This document shows positions 40,225 through 52,463 of a DNA stretch of 64,000 nucleotides, in pieces. The stretch's first letter is position 1. The number at the start of each line of letters is the position of its first letter. The notes under the pieces were generated by a model that saw only the letters and a program-made list of their open reading frames with translations, ran no database searches and was not told the DNA's origin. The translations under genes and the position numbers were made by a program. Source of the stretch: Podarcis filfolensis (lineage: Eukaryota); assembly GCA_964270895.1 (NCBI GenBank), contig OZ185440.1; one strand, written 5' to 3'.

Positions 40225-40596
40225 GTTGTTGTTGTTTAGTCGTTTAGTCGTGTCCGACTCTTCGTGACCCCATGGACCAGAGCACGCCAGGCACTCCGGT
40301 CTTTCACTGCCTCCCGCAGTTTGGTCAAACTCATGCTGGTAGCTTTGAGAACACTGTCCAACCATCTCGTCCTCTGTCGTCCCCTTCTCCTTGTGCCCTC
40401 CATCTTTCCCAACATCAGGGTCTTTTCCAGGGAGTCTTCTCTTCTCATGAGGGGGCCAAAGTATTGGAGCCTCAGCTTCACGATCTGTCCTTCCAGTGAG
40501 CACTCAAGGCTGATTTCCTTAAGAATGGAGAGGTTTGATCTTCTTGCAGTCCATGGGACTCTCAAGAGTCTCCTCCAACACCATAATTCAAAAGCA
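40225..40596 (-). mobile_element. 5'-truncated RTE-BovB LINE, 372 bp
   Basis: 11-bp TSD TTAGGTGCAGT (40214-40224 and 40597-40607), (AAC)n tail, peptide AFELWCWRRLLRVPWTARRSNLSIL...HGVTKSRTRLND. Confidence 0.97.
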
Positions 40597-41365
40597 TTAG
40601 GTGCAGTACAAAACATATAAATCCCTAGCTACAGTGATCATCATCCAACACACAGGACATTGTGTTTATATACACAATATGTGTATTGGCACGTATATAC
40701 ATCATTAATACAGTTTTCTTCATATGTTTTAAATTCATTTTAGGAGGAAAGCACCTGCCTCAGATGCAATAAAGTTGCTTTTGTGTTCATGCAGGTTTTA
40801 GGAAAGTTTACTGTTAAAAACTGCCATTCGTTCAGAAGCTCATGGTAGCTACACACATTTGTTTGAAGGCAATAACACATTTACTTATCATACCTCCAAT
40901 TAAAGTGCACATTATTTTTATTACACATCTATCTGAATGACTGGAAAATTTATGCCAAGCACTGCCCTATCTGAAATGATATATTTCATGAATTTATAGT
41001 TCAAAAACTTGCACTGTAAAAAAACTATTGTCTATTCACTGGTCAACAACAAATTTGTTGTCTGCGTTTCTTCAGTTGATTTAGGATGAATCTGATGCGC
41101 TGAATCCAAAAATCACATTGGTTTTGCTCAATCAGGTCAAGTTTTTGAGCTATGGCCACATGTCATTTTTTTACGTTTTTGTTCACATGTACGCTTGTGT
41201 GGAGTATTTTAGAAGAAGTTGGTGGGGGTAAAATGCCATGTCGAATAATTATTTTGATTGGAAATGATTATTTTAATGACAAGAAGTATTCAGGTCCGAT
41301 AGTTCTGGGTGATTATGTCGAAAAGGGATCAGTTTGAAGTCATAAAACCTCGAAATCTTCCATAA

Positions 41366-41923
41366 ATTGGTGCTGAAAAGCATAAAGTTGCTTACCATGC
41401 TTATTTTGGTATTAAACTTGGTGACCAGGATAAAGCTTGGGCACCACACATGGTGTGCAAGGCATGCACCGAGACTCTACGTGGGTGGACTAATGGCAAG
41501 AGGAGTCTGAACTTTGGAATTCCCATTGTTTGGAGGGAGCCGACAAACCATGTCACTGACTGCTACTTCTGCGCTGTTGATGTGACTGGGATCAACAGAA
41601 AGAACCGGAGCAGCCTCAAGTATCCTGATCTTCAATCAGCACGTCGTCCTGTAGCTCATTGTGATGAAATTCCAGTGCCTATCTTCGGAGAACTTCCTGA
41701 CATTAGTGACGAAGATGCCTCCAGTGTTGAAGGACATGAAGAAGAAGAAGTGGTTCTTGAAGATGATGCTCCACATCCATTTTCCCAAAAGGAGTTGAAT
41801 GATCTAGTTCGCGACCTCAGCTTGTCAAAGGACTCTGCCGAACTGTTGGCATCCAGATTGAAGGATGTGCCGCTGAGCATTCCAGGAGTTCCAAGAAACG
41901 GAAGTTCGAGCCCTGAAGTTTGA
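41366..41923 (+). pseudogene. Chapaev3 transposase N-terminal (Cys/His zinc-finger) remnant; catalytic core deleted near 41863
   Basis: YFGIKLGDQDKAWAPHMVCKAC...WREPTNHVTDCYFC...SQKELNDLVRDLSLSKDSAELLASRLK. The probable native C-terminus AEHSRSSKKRKFEP* follows in another frame (41866-41916). Confidence 0.88.
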
Positions 41924-41970
41924 AAAATGGTGAAGCAACATGCAATTTACGTGTACTTACCTTTATCAAC

Positions 41971-42417
41971 TATGGTTTTCCCAGTAGTGATGTATGGAAG
42001 TGAGAGCTGGACCATAAAGAAGGCTGATCGTCGAAGAATTGATGCTTTTGAATTATGGTGCTGGAGGAGACTCTTGAGAGTCCCATGGACTGCAAGAAGA
42101 TCAAACCTATCCATTCTTAAGGAAATCAGCCTTGAGTGCTCACTGGAAGGACAGATCGTGAAGCTGAGGCTCCAATACTTTGGCCACCTCATGAGAAGAG
42201 AAGACTCCCTGGAAAAGACCCTGATGTTGGGAAAGATGGAGGGCACAAGAAGAAGGGGACGACAGAGGACGAGATGGTTGGATAGTGTCTTCGAAGCTAC
42301 AAACATGAGTCTGACCAAACTGCGGGAGGCAGTGGAAGACAGAAGTGCCTGGCGTGCTCTGGTCCATGGGGTCACGAAGAGTCGGACACGACTAAACGAC
42401 TAAACAACAACAACAAC
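41971..42417 (+). mobile_element. 5'-truncated RTE-BovB LINE, 447 bp, inserted in Chapaev3
   Basis: 12-bp TSD ACCTTTATCAAC (41959-41970 and 42418-42429), (AAC)n tail, peptide MVFPVVMYGSESWTIKKADRRRIDAFELWCWRR...SRTRLND*. Confidence 0.97.
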
Positions 42418-44705
42418 ACCTTTATCAACACCCACCATTCAGTTTACAGTAATCGATGTTTCTATCAGGTAATCAATATATGTTGTTGGAAAAACATTTT
42501 TTCTCTTAAAAACATATTTAGGATGATATGTGTTGACAAAAATCAGCTGATAATGCCACAAAAATGTAATTGATTTTGTCACAAGATCTGATTTTTTTCA
42601 AATCAACATAGCACAAAAACCTGACCTGATGGAGAGAAACGGATGCCATTTCCTGATTCAGCAGTGCAGAAATACCCTAAATCAATTGTATAAATCTAGA
42701 CAACATTCAAAAAGTAAAAAAATTGTTGCCCAGTGTTATAAATATATGGGAAAATATGGAATTTGATCAGGATGAATGGCAACTTAAGCTTAAATCCAAA
42801 GGACCGCAAGCAGAGTTATGCTCATTCAGTGGGCATTTCCTACCTTCTTCCCACTATTGAAGGTTGTGGAACCTTTTCTAACTGTGCATGACACATTGCA
42901 GGGGGCTGCAGGTGGTGGAGGAAATTGGCAGAAGTGATCACACAAATGCATAAGTGGGAACGGTATCACAAGTTGCTGTTTGGATCCAAGTTGGAGGAAG
43001 CATTGTGTTTAGCTGAATGTATTTATTAATATGCCTTTACACATTAGATTAGCAGCAAATGACTATGGAATGTGTATACTGTGTCAGAAATGTTCCCCAA
43101 AGCTCAGCTGAAAATTTGTGCTTTTCTTTTCTTCGAAAAGGTTACTGAAATACATGAGATGTTGCCCTAACAGACTTTGACAACAGCAAGCTTTGAGACT
43201 GGTTCATTAAGTCCTTGACAAAGGCATTTGTGGCCAAAACGAGCTGGGCTTGTTACAAAAATAAAGAGCCCATCCTTTTTCTTGGCATCTGTGAGAGATG
43301 TATTTCTTTTTTTGTATGCTACTCTTCAATGCTTCCCTTTTCCGGCACGTTTTACTAAAATGTGTGTGCCTGATAAGTGTCCTAATCCAACTCTAGGCAT
43401 ATTGTAAAGATGTATTTATATATGACTAGTTGTACCAGAATGTGGATGGCTATTAAAATTAAAATATATACTCAGCTGAAAGCAATGCAGTATGGATGAA
43501 CAACATCCATATTCAGATGCATATGCCAATGCACACTTGAATCTGAATCAGATTGAGGCCCCTAGTTCCTGATCCAGCAAGTGAAAAGCATATTGATTTC
43601 CTTAGCAGGATTGGGGTAAAGGGCTGCAATTTGCTGTAAACTCCTCTTGTGTACCCCCTGTGGAAATGAGTTGTAAATTGTGTGAGAATGTAACTTGTTC
43701 TTCTTGAGACATGTTCAAGAGGACTGTAGAATATGAAAAATGCCTTGATTCAGCAGAAGTGTCTCATACATGCATAGGTCCTAATCTGGCTTCACACATT
43801 CATTTCTGGCCACATAATTGGCAAGGGTGCAGATGAGATGTTAAGGGGAAACAGAATGGGGGCGGTCTAAACAGTTACCTCACTAGGGCTATGCAAATGC
43901 AACTGGTTGCTGGACTGAGCTAGGGAAACTGTGTGAAATACCTACATATAGTTCCTCATACAACTGGAGGGGTGTATATATGGAAACGTCATTCCGCACT
44001 TACACAAACATGCCCCTTTCTGGACCATGTACACAACCTAATTCTAACATACTTTCAAAATTTGGACTTAAATACTCCCATAAAAGGTAATCAGCATTTC
44101 AAACTGACATATAAACTAAAATTACAAATTAAATTGAGACATGAACATTATTTTCAGAATGCCATTGCAAAACAGAACCCCGCCCCCCCAAAAAAACCCA
44201 GCCAAAGGGTTATATACAGTACTGCTTGCAAACCATAGTTGTCAAATATCTCTGTTGAGGAAAATATAAACTGGTAATATAGAGTCAAAGATTAAGTGAC
44301 CACATTTAATTTAAATTTCAAAAGTAAGTTTAGAATCCACTACATTTAAGTGTGAGTTTTTTTTATTTTTGCTTGTGTTTGTATGAAAATAGTAAAATAC
44401 ACTTGGAGTAAAATAATAATAGTAATATAATATAATAATAATAGTAAAATAATATTGGAGTTTGGGCCAATAAGAGTTAGGTTTTTGAAGCTGCTTACAG
44501 TTTTGTGCTGTATGCAGTGCAATGTGATTACAAAGATAACTGTCTAAGTTGCCTCTACCCAGTTTCTCCCACTGCAGTTCCCTGTCCCACATCCCAGGCT
44601 TCTCTCCATGATCCTCCAACTCTGTTTGGGAGTGCATTGGCTGGAGTGGAGAGGAGCAACTGGGGAATTCCCCTTATGTGAACATCCTTATGCTGCTCCT
44701 TATGG

Positions 44706-45065
44706 TTAAGGGGTGATATGATAGCCATGTTCAAATATATAAAAGGATGTCACATAGAGGAGGGAGAAAGGTTGTTTTCTGCTGCTCCAGAGAAGCGGAC
44801 ACGGAGCAATGGATCCAAACTACAAGAAAGAAGATTCCACCTAAACATTAGGAAGAACTTCCTGACAGTAAGAGCTGTTCGACAGTGGAATTTGCTGCCA
44901 AGGAGTGTGGTGGAGTCTCCTTCTTTGGAGGTCTTTAAGAAGAGGCTTGACAACCATATGTCAGGAGTGCTCTGATGGTGTTTCCTGCTTGGCAGGGGGT
45001 TGGACTCGATGGCCCTTGTGGTCTCTTCCAACTCTATGATTCTATTCTATTCTATTCTATTCTAT
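44706..45065 (+). mobile_element. CR1 LINE 3' end, relatively young
   Basis: Peptide GDMIAMFKYIKG...FHLNIRKNFLTVRAVRQWNLLPRSVVESPSLEVFKKRLD, 3' UTR and (ATTCT)n tail. Confidence 0.95.
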
Positions 45066-46740
45066 GCACAGCACTGGGTACCTTGCTATATTTGTGGAAT
45101 GAATACAGTGATTTGAACTATGGCACTAAGTGTTATTCTACCTCAATACACGGAAATGGAAAAGACATCCTTGTGGTATTTTGCAGTATTTTGCCTGTAA
45201 AGAATAGAAAACATAAGAATGGCCAAAACCTGTCCTCAGATATACATTATATTTGACAAATATGGCTATACGTTTTCATTTTTAAAAATGAAATCAAAAT
45301 TAATTAATTCCAAGGCTGATACATGTCAAACACTGACACAAGCAAAGTTCCAAAAGAGCTCTACATTGCATACACATTTTTATCCTAGCAAAGAACAAGG
45401 GCAATTCAGTTGTCTTTGCTTCTTTACCCCTTGGGATGACCTTTCACAATAAGAATTGTCAGTGCCTTATTTATAATGGCAGATCTCAAGTTTGATTCTG
45501 GCAGGTTTTGATCACTTGATGGCCCAAAAGCTTTCAAACACAGAAGAATCTGATGCTTTTTTGGCATCCTGCAGTGTGTTTAAACCTCAAAAGCAACTTT
45601 TAGTCCCAGAAGTGAATTACTGAAGTGGTGTAAACAAAACACGAACGTCACAAAATGATGAAAATCTCATACAAAATATCTTTGTCAGATGGATGACAAT
45701 TCCACATTGCCTGAAAGGCATCTGCAACAAATGTATATTCTGTAAATAAAATTCTGATTTACCAAAGAAAGCTGAAAACAAACAAGCAGAAACATCAATA
45801 ATTTAAATGATTATTTGTTTATGAAACACAGAAAGCTGCACAAAACATCAAATATCAATTATTTATCGCTGCTCATTGTTCTGTGACAGCAGAATTTTAG
45901 AAACATACTCTTGGGTCACATTAACATATGCAATATAACAGGTCACCTAGAATGACAGACTGCTTTCACAAGACTTGCTTGAATTTGTTCTTGAATTCCC
46001 TGCACCTGCATTAAGCTTATTCAAACATTAATGTTCTGTTTCGCTTTTTAACAAAAGGTTATGCCTGCAATTATATACACTGATATTGCTCAAATATTGT
46101 GCCCCTTTGTGTTCTGTTGCGTGTAAGGTTGTGCTGAATGTTCCCCACAAAGTATTTTCAGCACGAAAGGGAGGCTTTCCAGGACATTGGAAAAGTTTCT
46201 CAGAATACAGAACCCCATCCCCATGCAGAATACAGAGCTCCCCTCCTTCTTTCAGGCCTTTTCTCTCTAGCCATGACTTGACCAGCAGCACCAATTTTGA
46301 CATGAAGGCATTTCGCCCGTTTGCCATTCTTCCAAGTGAGATTGTCATTGTAGCAGCTCAGATGTGTTTACATGACAGCATTGCCAAGGGCAAACAAAGC
46401 TAGTTCAGAATGATGACAATGTTTATTTATTTATGGTATCACAAACGAGAAATGGGGTGTTGAGCAGGGACAAACATTTGATCACCTTGTCGGACAAAGA
46501 ATGCCAATTAAGATCATGTCCGTCAAGAATGCCATTCTACCTATCCTGTGCTGAGGACAGGGCTTAACATACTTTTAAAATGTATTGACTAGTAACTTCC
46601 ACCACTTCCTTGATTCTATGTAGGTCTGGGTGAGGAAGTTTAATTTCCTGAGAGGAGGGAAATAGCTTTTAGCAAGCTCTCTGGTTGCTGCCCAGACAGG
46701 GCCTGAGCCTGTTCGCTTTTTCTCTCCTTCTTAGCTTGTA

Positions 46741-47096
46741 AAGGTAAAGGTACCCCTGCCCGTACAGGCCAGTCTTGACAGACTCTAGGGTTGTGCGCTC
46801 ATCTCACTCTAGAGGCCGAGAGCCAGTGCTGTCCGCAGACACTTCCGGGTCATGTGGCCAGCGTGACAAGCTGCATCTGGCGAGCCAGCGCAGCACACGG
46901 AAACGCCGTTTACCTTCCCGCTGGTAAGCGGTCCCTATTTATCTACTTGCACCTGGGGGTGCTTTCGAACTGCTAGGTTGGCAGGCGCTGGGACCGAACG
47001 ACGGGAACGCACCCCGCCGCGGGGATTCGAACCGCCGACCATGCGATCGGCAAGTCCTAGGCGCTGAGGTTTTACCCACAGCGCCACCCGCGTCCC
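46741..47096 (-). mobile_element. Full-length Sauria SINE, CpG-rich and young
   Basis: Minus strand starts GGGACGCGGGTGGCGCTGTGG, has B-box GGTTCGAATCC and an ACCTTT tail. 14-bp TSD CTTCTTAGCTTGTA (46727-46740 and 47100-47113). Confidence 0.96.
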
Positions 47097-47881
47097 TAGC
47101 TTCTTAGCTTGTAGCAGGCACCAAACAACTTGGCACATAGAGGGGACTGTCAGCTAGATAAAATACCGTGTCAATTCCAGAACTCAAATCAAAAGATTTC
47201 ACGTTGTCAAAATAAGAACTAGCAAATAAAGCGAATAAAACAGTTCTAAATAATTCTAGCCTAGGCAGTCCTACAGACTATCGACAACTTGCCATGCTAG
47301 GGAAAGACACAGATCAACCTAGTAACCTTTATTTCCCTATGGTCAGGAGAAATAGATTGATGTGGGGCCAGGCAACTACAGATTAGCCTTGGGTGGACTT
47401 CTCTGGCAAGAGATCCTTGATTTGTATATCTTTGTGTTTGGAAGTAAATATATTGGGAGATAGTAGGAATATTTCCTCATTCCTTCCTGCTAGACTGAAC
47501 TTTGATTGTGTACTTTGGGTGTGACCACCCAACTCTTGTGGAATGGAGTTCATAGTTTATTGACTCCATTCCACATATGGAAATAACATTAAAGAGGCAA
47601 GTCCTGTACCTCCACAATGACCAGTGATCAAAGCTTCTGAAAGCTAAATGGAAGTATCTGAGCTGGCAAGCACTTCCTCTCTTGCAGATTATTATAGCCT
47701 TCTATTTTGGTCATGGAACATTAACACAGTAGTACACTCCCTTTAGAGATCTGCCATCCTTTTTATTCTGCAAAAGTGTTAAAAATGCACAACAGATTGA
47801 TCCTGCTCACACACAATTACCCAATACTAGCGTCCTCATTAAGCTGGTGGAGCAGGGGCACAGAAACACCTCCTTGCCAGC

Positions 47882-47912
<31 letters not shown>

Positions 47913-48423
47913 ATTATTTATACCCCATGCCACTACCAAGAAGGCCCTCTGCCTGGTTCCCTGTAACTTGGCTTCTCGCAGGGAGGGAACCGCCAGAAGG
48001 CCCTCGGCACTGGACCTCAGTGTCCGGGCAGAATGATGGGGGTGGAGACGCTCCTTCAAGTATACTGGACCGAGGCCGTTTAGGGCTTTAAAGGTCAGCA
48101 CCAACACTTTGAATTGTAATTGGAAACATACTGGGAGCCAGTCTAGGTCTTTCAAGATTGGTGTTATGTGGTCTTGGCGGCCGCCCCCAGTCACCAGTCT
48201 AGCTGCCGCATTCTGGATTAGTTGTAGTTTCCGGGTCACCTTCAAAGGTAGCCCCACATAGAGCACATTGCAGTAGTCCAAGCGAGAGATAACTAGAGCA
48301 TGCCCGTGAGACAGTCTGCGGGCAGGTAGGGTCTCAGCCTGCTTACCAAATGGAGCTGATAAACAGCTGCCCTGGACACAGAATTGACCTGCGCCTCCAT
48401 GGACAGCTGTGAGTCCAGAATTC
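47882..48423 (-). mobile_element. L2 LINE RT C-terminal fragment with an (AAT)n tail
   Basis: [39 protein letters not shown]...[20 protein letters not shown]. Possible TSD CAGCAT. The coding region joins almost directly to the tail. Confidence 0.93.
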
Positions 48424-49813
48424 AGCATCTTGGGTGCTTACTGGAGCCAGGCAGACCAGTAAGGTTGGGGGTACTTGTGCACACTGGCAAGAGCACCAGA
48501 CTGGCTTCACTCATGTGTTCACGGAGTCCTGACCTCACCTCACTGCTGCCTGTCCCACCCCCATAGTGCAATCCTGCTGCCAGATGGCTGGCTCTGCACT
48601 CTCACCTCACTGCACCAGCCACTCCTGCCACTTGGCTTCCACATTAAGAGTCCTAAAATGGTGCTTACAGTACTACTTTTTTCAGACTTGAATGCATTAT
48701 GCACAAGTCTTTTTCCCTGGGTGGGTGCTTTCTCCCTGGAACTCTTTTCCTTGGAAATCCCACCAAATATATCCCTTCAGAACTATAGTAAGTTGAGGTT
48801 GACTTCGTTGACTCAAAACTGGTTTTGGTGTGTTGATGCTGCATTTGTGGCTTTCATACTGCGAATTCATCATTTGGGATTTCCTTTATTGCTTTGTTTT
48901 ATCTAGTGTTGTACTTTACATTTTGCTGTTGTCATTGGCTGTATTGAAACCTTTTGGAAGGCCAAATAGCAGGTTACAAATATTTAAAATAATTCATTTA
49001 GCAGTCAAGCTTAAAGAATCAGATATCCACATTTCTCTTATTTTCTTCTGAGCAGATGCATGCTCAAGACGGAAATTTTGCCAAAAAAACCACCCAGTAG
49101 TGACATTACAGTACATAAGAGATTTTAATTTTAGCACTTAGAAAGAATAAAATTGGCTCAATGCAGTTAGATTTTCCATTTTTATAAATCCCAGGGCTGC
49201 TCTAAGGTTACAACAGATACTATAAAGTACTGATTCTGTGCCTTAATATAATAGGTATCATTTATTATTTGGGTGACAGATAGTGGGAGGGAATGCTATG
49301 GACAAATTGCTTGATGCTATAATATTTTTATAAGGCTATAACTACATTAATATTCAAATTACAACTGGTATAATAGCATCATTTGGTGCTTAGGAGTTCT
49401 GAATATGTCAGCTTCACTTGCCAGTTTACTTTGGAAGCAAATTAGTAGTCAAGTTGAGCATCAATCAGTACCTATCGTCGCAATGCCTCCTTTCATCAGA
49501 AAAATATGGAAAACAGGGATATAAGAGTAAACATTGACAGGTTGGGGGACATCATCAAAAGCAATTTGGTATGAACTTGGGTATCACAGTTGTGAAAATG
49601 AATGTGTGAAGCTTCTTATATTTAGGAATTCTGGTCATATGCTATATGTTTTACCCTATTTAAATACCAAATCTGAAAGGGGATAAATCTTTTGCTACAC
49701 ATTGACCGTGAGAGGGCATACCATTCCCTTAGCCCTTTGCTCACCACTGCCCCCTGCTTAAGCAAATGGACAAGTCGCATTGGTTCCTTTCCTGCTGCCT
49801 GGTGAGAGGAGTA

Positions 49814-50054
49814 CAGTGGTACCTCAGGTTAAGTACTTAATTCGTTCCGGAGGTCCGTACTTAACCTGAAACTGTTCTTAACCTGAAGCACCACTTTAGC
49901 TAATGGGCCTCCCGCTGCTGCTGTGCCACCGGAGCACGATTTCTGTTCTCATCCTGAAACAAATTTCTTAACCTGAGGTACTATTTCTGGGTTAGTGGAG
50001 TCTGTAACCTGAAGCGTATGTAACCTGAAGTGTATGTAACCTGAGGTACCACTG
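49814..50054 (+). mobile_element. Tigger/mariner-type MITE (copy 2 of 3), with an extra subterminal repeat unit
   Basis: Same TIRs and body as 35657-35882. TA TSD. Confidence 0.93.
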
Positions 50055-51428
50055 TACAGGGGAAGAACGGGTACTCTTTTTTTCTTTAAAAATCAGGACG
50101 GCTGTACAAATGCCTGGTCATAGGAAACTAACCAGCTAATTAATACTACAATTATGCAGATAAAAAACTGTTGCTTGGTGACACCAGCTTCAATATCACC
50201 ATTTATTACCGGCATTTTTGTCTCCAATTAACAAAGCAGATGGAACCTGCTACTATCAATGGGAGCGAGGACTGCAGAGACAGACAGGCAGGGTAGCCGA
50301 GTATCTATCACCATAACACCCTTTCTGAGGGTGACTAGGAGTGGATGTTGTGGTGGGAGGGTTTTTTATTTTTATTTTGCCACCATCATCGCCTCAGATA
50401 AAGGTCTGTGATAAGCTATAGCTGGTGTTCGACCATATTTGTCACAAATCTGCCACTATCACTTGAGTACTCTTCCCTGTCATTTCTTTGCCAGCATTCC
50501 TCAAATCACCTAATAATTAACTTGGCTGAGCTCCACTTCCATGGAGAGAATGTTCAGGAGCAATCATGTAAATGTCCCTGGCTATTTCTCTGTTCCAGAG
50601 TCGACTGCAGGTTTGACAGGATCAGCAGCTGGTGTGACAGGGAAATCCGCAAGAACAATCAGAAAATCATTCTGATCCTTTAGTCTTTTGGGTGGAGCCA
50701 TCAGAACAGATCCCCTGCAAAGTTTTGGGATGCCAGTGATCCTAATTCTGACCGGATAACAATCTGTCCATGAAAACAGAACTGTATCTAAGCCTGTATC
50801 TAGATCACCCTCATCCTATCCAGCATCAAAAACCTAGTCCAGCCTGTGTCCAGCTGAATGTGTGGGGCCAGAAATCACCAGTGTTGGCAAATCAACAACA
50901 ATGAAAACAATTTTGTTGTTGATCTTACAACTGAAACTAGTTTTCTGATATTAGAATAGTAATGCTATACAACAACAAACATGCATTGTTCCACTACCAT
51001 TTTTAATGAAATTTGAAATTAAATCTTACTTTTTTTACTATTCTGTAGTATGAAAGACTACGAGAGACCTAAACTTGAATAGCAAAGCCTGTGATTAACC
51101 TTGTAATAGCAACAAAAGCCACTCAAAATACAACGAAATATCACCAAAGGCCTTCTTGTCTACCGCTGAATTAAACCCAATCCTGTGTTTAATTATTGGA
51201 GACTCTCTTATTTCTTTTTTCTTTTTAACAGAAAGACATAATCCCTGTGATGCTACCAGTAATTTAGCTAATTTGCTTTTCTGGAGACCATCTGTTTTCC
51301 CCACATTCGGCAATATAGTAATAATTTTTTGTTCCTTCCTTATGTATCAAGTCTTCCTACTTCCTTCTTTCAACATTACACTATGTATTGCTCAGTTTCT
51401 CAGCAGTCATGCAACGAAGTATCCATTG

Positions 51429-51500
51429 GCACCTTAAAAGCTAACACATTTATGATGGCATAAGCTTTTTTGAGATAGAGCCTACAGCATCAGATTTATA
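51429..51500 (-). mobile_element. Penelope-like terminal fragment with a decayed hammerhead motif
   Basis: Minus strand reads ctgatgctgtaggctctatctcaaaaaagcttatgccatcataaatgtgttagcttttaaggtgcc. Confidence 0.5.
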
Positions 51501-51879
51501 AAGGGATATCCTAGCTGGGAGAATTATATACACATTGATAACCGAAGAAACATACTATTTTGACATTCATTGTTTTAAGACCACACAACCATTATATATC
51601 TGCCTTCTGAGATGCATCTTATAGAAGGAGATGTGAAAAACCAGAGGATGTAGAGAGTCAAAGTTATAGCCTGCTCATATGATCAGGGCAAAAAGTAGAT
51701 AGGATCAAATGTAAGGGCCATAGCATTAGTGCCCTGTTGCAAATCTTGGTGTTGCATGATGACTAAGGAGGCTGCATTTTCATTGCAAAAAGGCTTTCAC
51801 TAGTCAAATGGGGAAACAGTAGGAGATAGAATGAGGAAACAGGAACCATAAGAGCAAATCTGTTCTCATCACTATGTCT

Positions 51880-52135
51880 TGTTGTAGTATAGTCATCTTA
51901 GTCGTGTTCGACTCTCCGTGACCCCATGAACCAGAGCATGTCTTGGAAACTCTCACTTTCTTCTCAAAGCTTCTCCTTTTTTATGTCCATGGAGTTTTCT
52001 TGGCAGAATACTGGAGTGGTTTGCCAGTTCCTTCTCCAGGTGGATCACATTTAGTCTAAACTCTTGGCATAGCTCATACCTTCTCTGAATTATTCAAGCC
52101 CCTTCGCCACAACAAGGCAGGGATCCATGAAGGGG
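51880..52135 (-). mobile_element. BovB-derived short element (5' UTR plus extreme 3' end), 256 bp
   Basis: 11-bp TSD TCACTATGTCT (51869-51879 and 52136-52146). BovB 3' end at 51881-51940 and BovB 5' UTR at 51985-52135. Confidence 0.85.
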
Positions 52136-52327
52136 TCACTATGTCTAAGGGACCACAAAACGTTAACTGAAAAATACGTGTAAGCTCCAAGGCTGGCAGC
52201 CCAATTATTTTCACACAACACAGGTAGATGCACAAATGACTAATTTTGTAGCACACACCAACCACGTCGCAAACAGACACAATTGGGTATTGTCAGATTC
52301 TATTTCCTTACTTTGATTTACATATCA

Positions 52328-52463
52328 CAGGCATAGGCAACCTCGAACCTCCAGATGTTTTGGTACTACAACTCCCATGATCCCTAGCTAACAGGACCAG
52401 TGGTCAGGGATGATGGGAAGTGTAGTCCCAAAGCATCTGGAGGGCCGAGGTTGCCTATGCTTG
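52328..52463. mobile_element. hAT MITE, 136 bp
   Basis: Perfect 8-bp TSD ACATATCA. TIRs CAGGCATAGGCAACCT and AGGTTGCCTATGCTTG. Decayed relatives at about 54746-54883 and 56257-56370. Confidence 0.92.

Larger units (their letters stand above)
41037..42735 (+). mobile_element. Chapaev3-type (CMC) DNA transposon, internally deleted, with a nested BovB
   Basis: Termini CACTGGTCAACAA and TTGTTGCCCAGTG (12 of 13 match), with TTA on the 3' side. TSD imperfect on the 5' side. Diagnostic transposase N-terminus present. Confidence 0.85.

Noticed and set aside
47030-47096. tRNA-like A/B boxes
   Set aside because: These are the head of a Sauria SINE, not a tRNA gene.
48475-48906. 143-aa ORF
   Set aside because: Non-ATG start, no homology, low-information composition.
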